From Selaginella moellendorffii (Eukaryota; Plantae; Lycopodiophyta), in the NCBI RefSeq assembly GCF_000143415.4, contig NW_003314362.1, positions 248,001 through 312,000 on the forward strand: a stretch of DNA of 64,000 nt, written 5' to 3'. Within the stretch, counting starts at the first letter, position 1, and every line of letters starts with the position of its first letter. A program made the position numbers and the translations under genes. Shown here in pieces: positions 25,290 through 36,174 of the stretch. The notes beneath the pieces are model-generated. The model made no database searches. It was not told the origin of the DNA and saw only the letters and a program-made list of their open reading frames with translations.

Positions 25290-26950
25290 GTAGTGCTTGT
25301 AGGTGATAAATAAAAAATAAATTTTTACATTTTAACTTAAATTTTTTATATGAAATGTAATTTTAGAGTGTCAAGATTTAAATTTATTTTCATATGGTTA
25401 AATAATTTTTCTCCTAATTTACATATTTTTATTTTTTCATGGTTTTATTTAAAGTAGTGCATCAAAAATTTTATTGATTTATTTCGTCTAATTTTCCAAC
25501 TTTATCTTTGTATATAATGCCAAAAGTTTTTCACCTCACTAATAATGAATATTTTCTAATAAAATTTTAATAAATATTCTTTTTGTTCAACTATAAAAAA
25601 TTTCACCAAAAAAACTGAATTTTAGTTACAGAAAGCATTGTCTTTTATGCTCAAGAGAGAAAGAATTCAATTTCATGATAGTAAAAGAAAGTGACAAAAT
25701 GTAAAAAATAATTAAGTAAAATAACTAAAAAGTATAATATGATAAATATCTCTCCTAATATTCAAGAAAATTAATATTTTTATAAAACTATTTAGTTTTC
25801 ATAATTATAGATATCCACTATATAAAAAATACTTTTTATGTATTTAAATATGATATTTTTATTAAATAATAATTTAAAAACATCATTTTAACTTCAAAGA
25901 CTTAAAAGGATGGAAAATTTATGTTATAATAATAATAATCACTTTTATAATTTATTTACAATATAAATATATATAATTTATTTTTCAATTTTAAATGAAT
26001 ATGATTCAGGAAAATGTTCATTATAAAGAAACTATTATTCTCTATTGAAAAAATTTAAATTAAAAATTAAAAATTATTTTTAGCACCTTTCTATATTTTC
26101 TAATTATTAGATAATTGATGTATTTACTTCCATTTTACAAATAGTGAATTTAGTATTTATCTTTAATTTTAATTTTTATTACCTTAAAAATATTTATTTA
26201 TTATAATAAAGAGACTCCATTTTTGTTGCAATGATCACATTTTGCAGCTCAATTTACCATGTGTGAGTGTAATTTATCAAAGGTTATGAACTCAAATTAT
26301 ATCCATAATTTTAAAATTGAGATAATTATTTTTGTTAAAAGTGTTTAATAATCCTAATTTTTTCATAATTAATTTAATTATTTAAACCAATTATCAGAAA
26401 AGTTTTATTCTTTTATTTTTACACCCTGCTTTAATATATCTTTAAAATATAAAACTTAATATAAATAATTTATTTTATTTATAATAAATTATTGTGTAAA
26501 TGTTTTTGCTTTCTTAGATTGTCTTATCATTTACAATAATATACAATATTGAATAAAATTTTTGAACAAGTTGATTAAGTCATAATATTAGTTTTTATAA
26601 CACATTATTAATAGAAATGCACATCAAAAATTAACTATCTCTCATACAAAAGTTAAAATGTTTTTGCCACTAGCTTTTCAGCTTTATTAATAATTAAAAT
26701 TATTTTATTTTTGTGGTAATTCTCAAATATAACTTTATTAAAATATATGCATGTGTTATCTGTTATTAATAATGAGATGAAAGATGAAAACCGCTAAAGA
26801 AAGACATGAAAAACAAACACAAAACCATAATTCCTATGTTTAAAAGTGAAAAAAAATTTAGCAATTGTAGTGAGGGATGTTTGAAAATTGTATATAATTT
26901 TGTGATGGTAACATGAAACAAAGAGAGAACTATATATCAAGTGAAATTTG
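25290..26950. other. Extremely AT-rich non-coding island; a second one at ~37040-37700
   Basis: Abrupt composition shift to roughly 80% AT by eye, with no ORFs. Confidence 0.85.
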
Positions 26951-27052
26951 GAAGCCTTTCCAATCAATTCCCAATATCAACCAAAAAAGAAAAACCTTTA
27001 CCGTTAAACGTCAACCTTTAATATTTTCCTAGGTTTAGGGTTGGGAGGAGCG

Positions 27053-27547
27053 ATGGTGAGGAAGGAGCTCATCGGGCGATCCAAGGGAATGGTGACCGAG
27101 GCGCGATGGCAGCGCCTGCTCGATTTCCGGCAGCGCCCCCAGCACAAGGGCCCGGTGCCGCCGCACGTAGAGAGGCGCGGGAGAGTGGTGAAGCTGCCGC
27201 CGTCTTGGGTAGATCGCATCGTGCCGCGCGCCATCACCAAGTACGTCAAGCCATACGCCATGAAAATGCAATTCTCCAACAGGTCCGTCACCGCCGAGGT
27301 GTTTGACACTCTCCACGACAATGCGCTGGTGGTCCGCGCGTCCAGCCGCGACGAGGAGCTCAAGCAGGGCCTGGCGAGCTTGACGGATTGCGCGGCGGCG
27401 GCAAAGGTTGGAGAAGCTCTGGCGGAGCGATTGAAGGAGAAGGGGATCCCCGGCGTTACATACTTTCGCAACCGAGGTGAGCTCTACCATGGCAAGAGAA
27501 AGGCCCTCTTGGATAAGCTCAGAGAGACCGGCGTCAAGCTCATCTAA
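27053..27547 (+). CDS. Organellar ribosomal protein uL18-family protein (intronless)
   Basis: KPYAMKMQFSNRSVTAEV...ASS...TDCAAAAKVGEALAERLKEKGI...YHGKRKALLDKLRETGVKLI. Confidence 0.9.
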   Translation: MVRKELIGRSKGMVTEARWQRLLDFRQRPQHKGPVPPHVERRGRVVKLPPSWVDRIVPRAITKYVKPYAMKMQFSNRSVTAEVFDTLHDNALVVRASSRDEELKQGLASLTDCAAAAKVGEALAERLKEKGIPGVTYFRNRGELYHGKRKALLDKLRETGVKLI

Positions 27548-27656
27548 GCCATAGCTAGCGTGACTCATCCCAGGAGAGAGCCTCTTCTTCTCTAGAGAAA
27601 AAGAGTGACGATGGTTGGCAGATCTTCTATCATTCCATCTTCGAATCGAAACACTT

Positions 27657-29564
27657 TTAACTGACTGGATCGCTATCCGGCAAGCTCTCGAAGTTCATCT
27701 TTTCCATGAGAAGCCGAGCTTCTTCCACCCTCGACTCCTTGCACAGCCCGTCCACGATGGTGCTGAGCGACACCACGTTGGGCTGGATCCCTCTCCCGGC
27801 CATCTCCTCGATCATGGCGATGGCCTCGTCCACTTTGGCCGCTCGGCAGTAGCCCCGGATCAAGATGTTGTAGGCCACCACGTCCGACGCGCAGCCTCTC
27901 TCGTGCATTCGCTGGAACAGCTCGCGGGCTTCGTCCAGCCGTCCCACTTTGCAGAAGGCGTCGATGATGGCGGTGTAAGTCACCACGTCCGGGACGCAGC
28001 CAGCTCTTCGCATCTTCTGGAGCACGATGTAGGCGTCGTCGAGCCTGTCCGCCTTGCAAAGCCCGTCGATGACTGCGCTGTAAGTCACCACGCTCGGAGC
28101 TCGGTCCCCGGCTTCCAGCATCCGTTCCAGGATCACGCAGGCCTCCTCCACCCGGCGAGACTTGCAAAGGCCGTCCACCAGCACCGTGCACACGGGCACT
28201 CCAGGCATGCACTTCCTCTCCATTGCCTGGTCCATGAGTTCCTTGGCCTCGCTCACTCGGTTGTCCTTGCAGAGGCTGTAGATTATCACGTTGTACGAGA
28301 CTGGGTCGGGAGCACAGCCAGCTTCGATCATCTTGACATGAACAGCTTTCGCCTCGTCCAGCTTTCCGGCCTTGCACAGCCCGCTGATGAAGCTGGTGTA
28401 GACGATCACGTCCTGGACGTCTCCCGCGGCCATCTCAAACAGCTCCCGTGCTTCCTCGTGTCGGTCATGCTTGCAGAGGCCGTCGATCAGAGTGCTGTAC
28501 AAGGAGCCGCTGGGTGATCGTCCGGTGCCTTTCAAGCGTCTCATGAGCGAGAGAGCTTGGTCTATCCTGCCGGCTTTGCAGTATCCGTTGACGACGGTGG
28601 CATACGTAACCAGCTCGGGTGAGTGTCCTTTGCTCAACATCTCTTCGAAGATCTGGTGGCCTTGTTCCCACTTGCAAGCTTTGAAGAGGCTGTGGACGAG
28701 AACGGTGTACGTGACTTTGTCGGGTAAGCAGCCGCTTTGTACCATTTGTTCGAAGTAGGAGGCCGCCAAGTCTAACTTGTTGATCTTGCACAGGTGTCCG
28801 ATGACGACGGTGTATAGAAAAGCGTCGGGCTTCACTTTCATGTCGATCATCTGGTGGAAGATTTGAAGTGCTTTGTTGGTGAAATTCAGTTCGCAAAGCT
28901 TGCGAATGAGAGAGCCAAAGGTGACGATGGTGGGAGTAATTCCTGCGGCCTTCATCTCCCCAAGAAGATTTACTGCCTGTGGTATTTGCTCAGCTTTGCA
29001 AAAACCTCTTATCAAAGTCCCATAGGTGAAGTCGTCGGGCCTGAAGAGCCTGACAAGCTCGTCTTTGAAGACTCTGTATGCCTCCCGATGGCATCCGTCG
29101 TTAACAAAGACCTCCAGGAGGGAATTGCAGGTGTAAGTGTTGTGCTGGAAGCCTGGACGGGCTTTAGCCCACTGGAAGAAGAGCATTGCTGCCTGTGGAT
29201 TCCTGAGCTTGACGAGAACTCTGCCAACTACCACAGGGACGAGCCGTCTTGAGCCGTAGCACTCGTCCAGAGCTCGAGATAGGAGATGTGGGTCTACCGA
29301 GTTGGCCAGCAAAACCTTTATGAGGGCTTCGGCAGCTGCTTGGGCTGCTCGCTCTCGTGCCTTGCGCTCTTGAGCTGCTGCTGCTCCGCCTCCTCCAGGA
29401 AGCCTCCATTCGGCTACATTATTGCTATCCTGTGCTGAGTAGTCGATTGCTACGCTCGAGAATCTGCTGCTGCACTTGAGCTGCTTGCTGGGAGAACTTC
29501 TTACGGGGTACCTGTTGAATTTGATTCCGAAGGAGAGGCCATCGATTCTGTAGCTCGTGTCCAT
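27657..29564 (-). CDS. P-class pentatricopeptide repeat protein, 635 aa, intronless
   Basis: Tandem 35-aa repeats such as PDVVTYTAIIDAFCKVGRLDEARELFQRMHERG. Confidence 0.95.
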   Translation of the reverse strand: MDTSYRIDGLSFGIKFNRYPVRSSPSKQLKCSSRFSSVAIDYSAQDSNNVAEWRLPGGGGAAAAQERKARERAAQAAAEALIKVLLANSVDPHLLSRALDECYGSRRLVPVVVGRVLVKLRNPQAAMLFFQWAKARPGFQHNTYTCNSLLEVFVNDGCHREAYRVFKDELVRLFRPDDFTYGTLIRGFCKAEQIPQAVNLLGEMKAAGITPTIVTFGSLIRKLCELNFTNKALQIFHQMIDMKVKPDAFLYTVVIGHLCKINKLDLAASYFEQMVQSGCLPDKVTYTVLVHSLFKACKWEQGHQIFEEMLSKGHSPELVTYATVVNGYCKAGRIDQALSLMRRLKGTGRSPSGSLYSTLIDGLCKHDRHEEARELFEMAAGDVQDVIVYTSFISGLCKAGKLDEAKAVHVKMIEAGCAPDPVSYNVIIYSLCKDNRVSEAKELMDQAMERKCMPGVPVCTVLVDGLCKSRRVEEACVILERMLEAGDRAPSVVTYSAVIDGLCKADRLDDAYIVLQKMRRAGCVPDVVTYTAIIDAFCKVGRLDEARELFQRMHERGCASDVVAYNILIRGYCRAAKVDEAIAMIEEMAGRGIQPNVVSLSTIVDGLCKESRVEEARLLMEKMNFESLPDSDPVS

Positions 29565-29628
29565 TTAGCTACGGTAGGGCAATTCAGAGGCCGTTTATAG
29601 CGATAAGAAGACGATAAGCTGCTGTGTG

Positions 29629-31492
29629 TCAAGTGTCTTCTCGGTGTTTGCTCATGATGGATGCCTGCAGAAAGTGTTTTGTCTGATCACGGAAACAGAT
29701 TGGATTCGTATTCACCTGTTCCTGTATGATACTTCTGGCTTCCACCAGCTGGGCTTCTAGTTCCAATTCGCGCTCAGTAGCTTCACAAGTCACTTCTGCA
29801 TTCTTTTGTGCTTGCTCAAGCTGTACCATGCGTTCCTGAAAGAACAGAGAAAAGAGGAAATGCTTGGCACCGGCACCAGCAAAGTACCTTGATGGATGAC
29901 ATTTTCGCTCGCAAGCTTTGCTCGATTTGATCGCGAGCTAAGTGGAAAGGCAGGTCAAAGACATCCTGGTGAAACAAAGTAGAGAATTTATCAAGACAAA
30001 AAGATGATCCAGCCAAAAGCGTACCGTGCGTCCTCCAAGAGGCGTGGCTGGTGGTTCTGCTTCGTTTACCACATTAACGGGTTTGTGCGGCATGTTTAAA
30101 AAATCTCGCATGTCCGACTGCCAAGAAAGTTGATCTCACCTCAAGGATGAAAAGCACTCGGCGGATGTACCTGCATTGACCTCAACAATGACCTCAACTC
30201 CGAGTTCTCTGTCATGAGTTCGAGCTTCTTTGCTTCATACGCATCAACCTGCATTCCATCAATACATTAGCGTGCGCTTGAGTACGAACAAAAAACTTAC
30301 AATCATCTTGTAGAAGTCTCCATCGGCTTTCCTGCCATTCCAAGTTCCTCGTTGTCTGCCTTCTTTCTGCAATGTTTGATAGTGATATGCCTGCTCTTTT
30401 TGCATATGCAATGTAGCAGACCTGCAAGAGGTTCATTATCTCCATGCCTGCTTTTGTCTCCTTTTTCTTCTCCATAAGCACTTGGTTTAACCGTTCCTAG
30501 AATGAATCGATAAGTAGAATCAAATGAAGAAACTGCAAGTGCATACCTGTAGCTTCAGGTACTCTTTTTCCTTTTTCTTTAGCTCGTGGAGCTGTTGGGT
30601 GCGAATTTGCTGGTGTAAAAAGAAACAATAAGCCACACGGAGATGTTCAAAAGGGTTTACCTGAGAACCAATAAGCATGCGTTGAAACTCATCCCTTTCT
30701 TGTTGGAGCTTGTCTATTTGAGCTTTAGCAGCAGCTGCTGCCTTTTGTTCCTGACAAGAACAAGAAGTATTATCAAAGATGAAGTAGAACTAAATGCAGC
30801 TGAGCATCTATTCAAACTCACCCGGCTCATTACTGCCACCAGCTCTCTTTCTTTTGTTGAAAGCTGTGTTTCCAGCCGCTCCACCTTCGCTTCGAGCCGA
30901 GACATATCGGACATCAACCTGCATTGATAGTTTACAGCGAGAAAAATAAGCATGAAACGAGAAACCTTTGTCGCTGATCGTTAGCTCCTTCTCTAAACTC
31001 GATATCTCGCTGCCTTTGTTGAAGAACATCGTAGATACAGTTGCATGTTTGAGCGATGGAATTCTGCAAAGGTAGTAAGAATGAGAAAGAACAGTAAAAA
31101 GGACTGCTACTTACAGGATCACTCGAGAAGAGATTAAGTGGAGATGGAAAGCCATACGCAACCAAAGTTTGATTGAGGTACTTGATACAGTGTTCCAGGT
31201 TGCTAGCATTGGCAAATTCATGGTCTCTAGAATACAAACCACACAAGCCACAACGTTCTTTACGCTACCTACCTTGGAAGAGAAAAAAAATCCAATGCTA
31301 CTACTTCTCACCCGTTAGAAAATTCCGGAGACACTGGCGCATCCTACAGCCAAGAAAACAGGAAATCGTTAACCTAACAGACGAGAAAACCAGCTCCGAT
31401 TCCCAATGCCGGCCTAGGAAGGGACTTACCAGAGCGCCGAAATTCACGAGACCAGCCCCAATCTCTACGTCGAAGCCTCGGACGCCAAGCAT
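29629..31492 (-). CDS. MSD1: Afadin/alpha-actinin-binding (SSX2IP/Msd1-like) coiled-coil protein, multi-exon
   Basis: FANASNLEHCIKYLNQTLVAYGFPSPLNLFSSDP|NSIAQTCNCIYDVLQQRQRDIEFREGANDQRQR|LMSDMSRLEAKVERLE. The first three exons splice in frame from ATG 31492. Confidence 0.82.
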
Positions 31493-31823
31493 TCTCCACA
31501 GATTTCACGAGATCGCTGGAAGGAGCAGTCCCAGGGATCGAATTCCAGCGATTCGGCAGCGCGGCAGCATGGATCCGGCGGAGACACAGCGAAATCCTAG
31601 AATGGCGCCAGCCGGCGGGCCGAGAGATCGATCGGCCAGATGGAAGCCGGATGAGCAGCCGAGAAGAGAAAACCAAAAAATTTGAAAACAAAATGGATAG
31701 AATAACGTGCTCTTAGCGTAAAAAATCCCAAGCCGTGCGATGAAGACTCCGATCCGACGCTCCAAGAGCATGCCAAGTGTCTTCCTCTGGTTGGTCCAAT
31801 CGTTACACACTGAGATACTCTGG

Positions 31824-33044
31824 CTAGCTTGGAACTCTCTTGGTCATTATAACTCTTCGCCTTCTTCCAATCCAAGTGGAAGCCCAGATTGGATCCAAAG
31901 CCACGGCTTTGTATCCAGACTTGGAGTAAACTCTTCGCGCTCTCACATCGTCTTCGTAGGCATGAAGAATTAGGTGTTTAAATCCCCACAGCGATGCTCG
32001 CAAATCCACGCCTTGCAAAAGAGCTGTGGCAACATTCCTCCGTCTATCAAAGCGAAGAACACGACTTAGAACACCAGGACAAGGTTAAGTTGAAGCTCTA
32101 TGAGAAGAAAGATTCAAAGATGAAAGATCTATGAGCAGTGTTTTTGTAATCGAAGTACCTGTAGTTTTCGTCGACGGCCAAGCCACTGACGTAGAGATAC
32201 TCGTCGGCATAATCGTCCTGGAGATGTTGGAGCATGTCTTTGTCGTCCAGCGCGGTTAAATCCACGACTCCGACCATTTTCTTATCATCCTCGTCTTGGG
32301 TCTCGGCAACCAAGCACGTATATCTGCGGAAAATTCGAGTTTTCATTCACACAAAAGCTTGGATTGGATGGTTCTTACCTCTGAGGGGGCGAGAGCCTCA
32401 CTTTGTAAGTAAGAGCAGTCAAGACCTCCGCCTGGAATGAAGAGAAAAAAAGAGAAAACGAGATAAGAACAATCGATCTCTCTCGAGAGGAAGAACTTAC
32501 TTTGAATATGTCGTAGAAGAAATCGTTGAAGACCACTGCGGGCGAGTGAAACGCCTCGGCTTGGATGAGTGATACGTCTTGCAAGTCCTTTTGCTTCCTG
32601 GGATTTAGATCTCTCACGCTCCACCCGTAAGCGCTGAGAAGATAGTCGCTGCTCTGCTGCAAGGTCGCGCTGGCGGTGGCGGTGGTGGCGCTGGAGTTGG
32701 CTTTGAGCGGCGCTGCTCCAAGGCCTTGGTGTTCTTCGTGAGAAACTACTTTGTCATACTTTGTCGGCCCAGCGCTCGTGCGAGAACTCTTCCTGTGATC
32801 GTGCTGCTGCTCGGAAGAATGCGAGGCAATCGCGAGCACGGCATTCCTGTGATGAGCTCTTCTCGACACTGCCAAGAACAATCCTTGCTTTGGAAAGGAA
32901 ATGGAAAGAAAGAAATCACAAACCTGTTGTGATGGAGAAGGCGCCTCTGTCGGTGACGATGAGAAGCGATGAGAAGCAATCCTCGCTTCTTACGCTTAGA
33001 AAACAGTCGCGCGAGCTGAGCGCCAACATCTTCTCGCCCAGCAT
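31824..33044 (-). CDS. GNAT-family N-acetyltransferase, plastid type, multi-exon
   Basis: QAEAFH...FFYDIFK|AEVLTAL, VGVVDLT, YLYVSGLAVDENYR|RRNVATALL, LHAYEDDVRARRVYSKSGY. The start at 33044 is inferred from an in-frame splice. Confidence 0.88.
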
Positions 33045-33147
33045 TGCGCGCGATTGATTCTCCACCGCCGAGAAACAAGAAATCTATGAGCTCGCCATTG
33101 GAAACCCTAAAAATTCAAAAGAGATTTTTATTTTAGGGTTCTAGCGA

Positions 33148-36100
33148 ATGTTCACGATCCAGGTAACTATCCACTCCTCGCCGCGCGATCGATTCAAGCT
33201 CTCTCCACAGGCGCGGCGAAAAATCCACAGAAAGGGGGAAGAAATCGTGGAAAATGCCCGGGTTTTGTTCAAGAATCTTGAGTCGATCGATGGGCCGCCA
33301 GAGATTTCTCGCTTCGTCGCCGCGGCCAAGGCTTGCGGCAGGGCCGGGGATCTGGAAACCGGGATGAGAATCCACTCACGGGCGATCAAGGAGGGCTTGA
33401 TCCAATCCAACCGGTTTCTTGCCAACACGCTGCTGGATATGTATGCCAAATGCGGGCGCATGGACCGAGCTCGCGAGATTTTCGATGGATTGGAGAGGCG
33501 CTGCGTGGTCTCCTGGACGGCGCTCATCCTTGGATACGTCCAGAACGGGGAGAGCGAGCTCGGGCTGGAGCTCTTTTCTCGAATGGAGCGCGAAGAAAAG
33601 GAAGAGGGTGGTGTCAAGCCGGATGCTCGATTGTTCTATGCTGCTGTCAAGGCTTGTGTCGATCTGGTAACCGAGCACTACGACGACAAGGACTCTCACG
33701 GCTGTGGGACGAAGAACAAGTTCGTTCAAGGCAAGCAAGTGAAGCTGTGGTGTCTGGAGAAAGGAAAACTTCTCCACGACAAGCTTTCGAGGATTGGTCT
33801 CGAGGAGGATATCTTCGTGACGGGAAGCTTGGTGGATTTGTTTGCTCGGTGTGGGAGCATGGCAGATGCTCGCAGGGTGTTTGATGGGATCGTGCAGCAC
33901 AGCGTTCTGTCGTGGAATGCGATCATCGCCGGGTACGCTCACACCGGAGAGTTGGAGAGGTGTTTCTGGTTCTATGCACGGATGCAACAAGAAGGTATGG
34001 CTCCTGATTCTCGGACTTTCATTGCGGTGCTGAAAGCTTGTGCTGCTTTTCCAGGAAGCAAGCTTTCGGCCTTGAGGATTGGAGCGAGAATTCATTGGCA
34101 GCTCGTGGAGAGTGGATACGAGCGGGATGTTTTCGTGGCGAGCACCGTCGTGGATATGTTTGCAAAGTGTGGGAGCATGGCCAGAGCACGGGAGGCGTTT
34201 GACAGGATTGCGAAACCTTGCCTTGTGTCTTGGAACTCGATCATGATGGGCTACGCTCAAGGTGGCGAAGGTAAGCGTGCTCTTGAGTTTTTCTATCGCA
34301 TGGATGGACAAGGACTGACACCGGATGCCCGTAGTTTTGTAGCTGCTCTCAAAGCTTGCGCAAACTTGGCTGCTCCTGCGAAAGAAGACGAGGATTCCGA
34401 CGATGCTACGTTTCTTCTCTGCGTGGAAAAAGGTGGAGATTTACACTCGCGGGCAGAGAAACACGGGTACACTTCCAACATCTACGTAGCTAATGTGCTG
34501 ATTGATATGTACACGAAGTGTGGCAGCTTGGACGAAGCGCGTAAAGTTTTTGACAAGATGATCCACCGGAGTGTCATGTCGTGGAATTCGATCATCATGG
34601 GGTATGCTCAGGCGGGTGACGTTGAGACGGCTCTAAACCTTTTCTCCAAAATGCAGGAGCAGGGAATTCAACCAGATGCCCGTTCTTATGTTGCAACTTT
34701 GAAGGCGTGCTCGAGTTTCGCAGAGGGAGATGTGATCGAAAGTCAGCCTGCAAAACTATGGTGCTTACAAAAAGGCTCCGAAGTTCATAGGCAACTCGAG
34801 GTCACAGAGGCGGCATCGGACATCTTTGTGTCCAGCACACTGGTAGACATGTACTCGAAATGCGGTGACATGGCGATGGCTCGGAAGGTTTTCGACAGGA
34901 TGTCCGATCCCAACGTGGTTTTGTGGAACGCGATGATCACCGGTTACGCTCAAAACAACAGTGGTTCTAGCAGTGAAGAGGCAGTGAAGCTGTTCACACG
35001 GATGCAGCTTGAGGAAGGCTTTGAGGCTGATAACATCACTCTGGTAGCGGCTCTCAAGGCGTGCGGAAGCTTGGGAGCTCTCAACACCGGGAAAGAAATC
35101 TACAGAGCAATAGTGGAGCTTGAAACCGGGCTCGAGCACGACCAGCTTGTAGTAGCGAGTCTGATAGATTTTTACGGGAAATGCGGGAACATGGTAGAGG
35201 CACAGCAGGTGTTTGATTCAGTTCCCAGCGTCAGGAAGAACACGGTGACTTGGAACTCGCTCATAGCAGGCTATACGCATCAAGCTGATGTTCACAGTGC
35301 TCTCGAGCTCTATGAGAGGATGAAAGGGGATGACAAGCGTCCGGCAGTGAACGGGGTCACCTTCCTTTGCCTTCTAAACGCCTGCAGTCACGCCGGTCTC
35401 GTCGACAAAGGACAGAAGTTCTTTGCAGCGATGGTTTCTCTTCACGGGATTACTCCTGGCATCGAGCATTATACGTGCTTGGTCGATCTTCTGGGCCGGT
35501 CCAACCATCTAGATGAAGCTCTTACTGTGCTGCGCGAGATGCCCTTCCGGGGCAACAAGACGATATGGATGACACTGTTGAGCTCGTGTAGAAAGTGGAG
35601 AAACGTTGACATTGGCACGGTGGCTTTCAAGAAAATTCTGGAGATCGACAACAGGGACTCGGCAGCTTATGTTCTCATGACGAATCTCTACGCGAGTGCC
35701 AAACGCTGGGACGAAAGCGTACACGTCGAAATGATGAGAATGAACGCTGGGGCTTTGAAGAAACCGGGTGAAAGCTGGTGGATTGATAGCTATGGAAAGG
35801 TTCACAAGTTCGTGGCTGGCGACAACAGGCATCCTCAAAGCGAGCAGATCTTTGGAAAACTCAGGGTCATGTTCTTGAAGTTGAGGGAGCAAGGCTACCT
35901 TCCCGACTTGAACAGCGTGTTTAGAAACATCAGTGACGAAGAAAAGGAGTCGGCATTGTTCCAGCACAGCGAGAAGCTTGCAATCTGCTGCGCTCTCATC
36001 AACTCGGCCGCTGGAACGACAGTCCGGATCACCAAAAATCTCAGAGTTTGCGACGACTGCCACAAAGCTACGAGTTATATTTCCAAGCTCGAGAGACGGA

Positions 36101-36174
36101 CAATCATCTGCAGAGACGCAAGCCGATTTCATGTGTTCCAAGATGGCAAGTGTTCGTGTGATGACTTCTGGTGA
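33148..36174 (+). CDS. PLS-E-DYW PPR protein (C-to-U RNA editing factor), 1008 aa, intronless
   Basis: PLS repeats, PG box (KKPGESW), HSEKLA and CDDCH zinc ligands; C-terminus CSCDDFW. Confidence 0.96.
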   Translation: MFTIQVTIHSSPRDRFKLSPQARRKIHRKGEEIVENARVLFKNLESIDGPPEISRFVAAAKACGRAGDLETGMRIHSRAIKEGLIQSNRFLANTLLDMYAKCGRMDRAREIFDGLERRCVVSWTALILGYVQNGESELGLELFSRMEREEKEEGGVKPDARLFYAAVKACVDLVTEHYDDKDSHGCGTKNKFVQGKQVKLWCLEKGKLLHDKLSRIGLEEDIFVTGSLVDLFARCGSMADARRVFDGIVQHSVLSWNAIIAGYAHTGELERCFWFYARMQQEGMAPDSRTFIAVLKACAAFPGSKLSALRIGARIHWQLVESGYERDVFVASTVVDMFAKCGSMARAREAFDRIAKPCLVSWNSIMMGYAQGGEGKRALEFFYRMDGQGLTPDARSFVAALKACANLAAPAKEDEDSDDATFLLCVEKGGDLHSRAEKHGYTSNIYVANVLIDMYTKCGSLDEARKVFDKMIHRSVMSWNSIIMGYAQAGDVETALNLFSKMQEQGIQPDARSYVATLKACSSFAEGDVIESQPAKLWCLQKGSEVHRQLEVTEAASDIFVSSTLVDMYSKCGDMAMARKVFDRMSDPNVVLWNAMITGYAQNNSGSSSEEAVKLFTRMQLEEGFEADNITLVAALKACGSLGALNTGKEIYRAIVELETGLEHDQLVVASLIDFYGKCGNMVEAQQVFDSVPSVRKNTVTWNSLIAGYTHQADVHSALELYERMKGDDKRPAVNGVTFLCLLNACSHAGLVDKGQKFFAAMVSLHGITPGIEHYTCLVDLLGRSNHLDEALTVLREMPFRGNKTIWMTLLSSCRKWRNVDIGTVAFKKILEIDNRDSAAYVLMTNLYASAKRWDESVHVEMMRMNAGALKKPGESWWIDSYGKVHKFVAGDNRHPQSEQIFGKLRVMFLKLREQGYLPDLNSVFRNISDEEKESALFQHSEKLAICCALINSAAGTTVRITKNLRVCDDCHKATSYISKLERRTIICRDASRFHVFQDGKCSCDDFW

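Noticed and set aside
27615-28517. Long antisense ORFs over PPR genes (also 33376-34311, 35509-36141, 62917-63636)
   Set aside because: Shadow frames of GC-rich coding sequence with no recognisable motifs.
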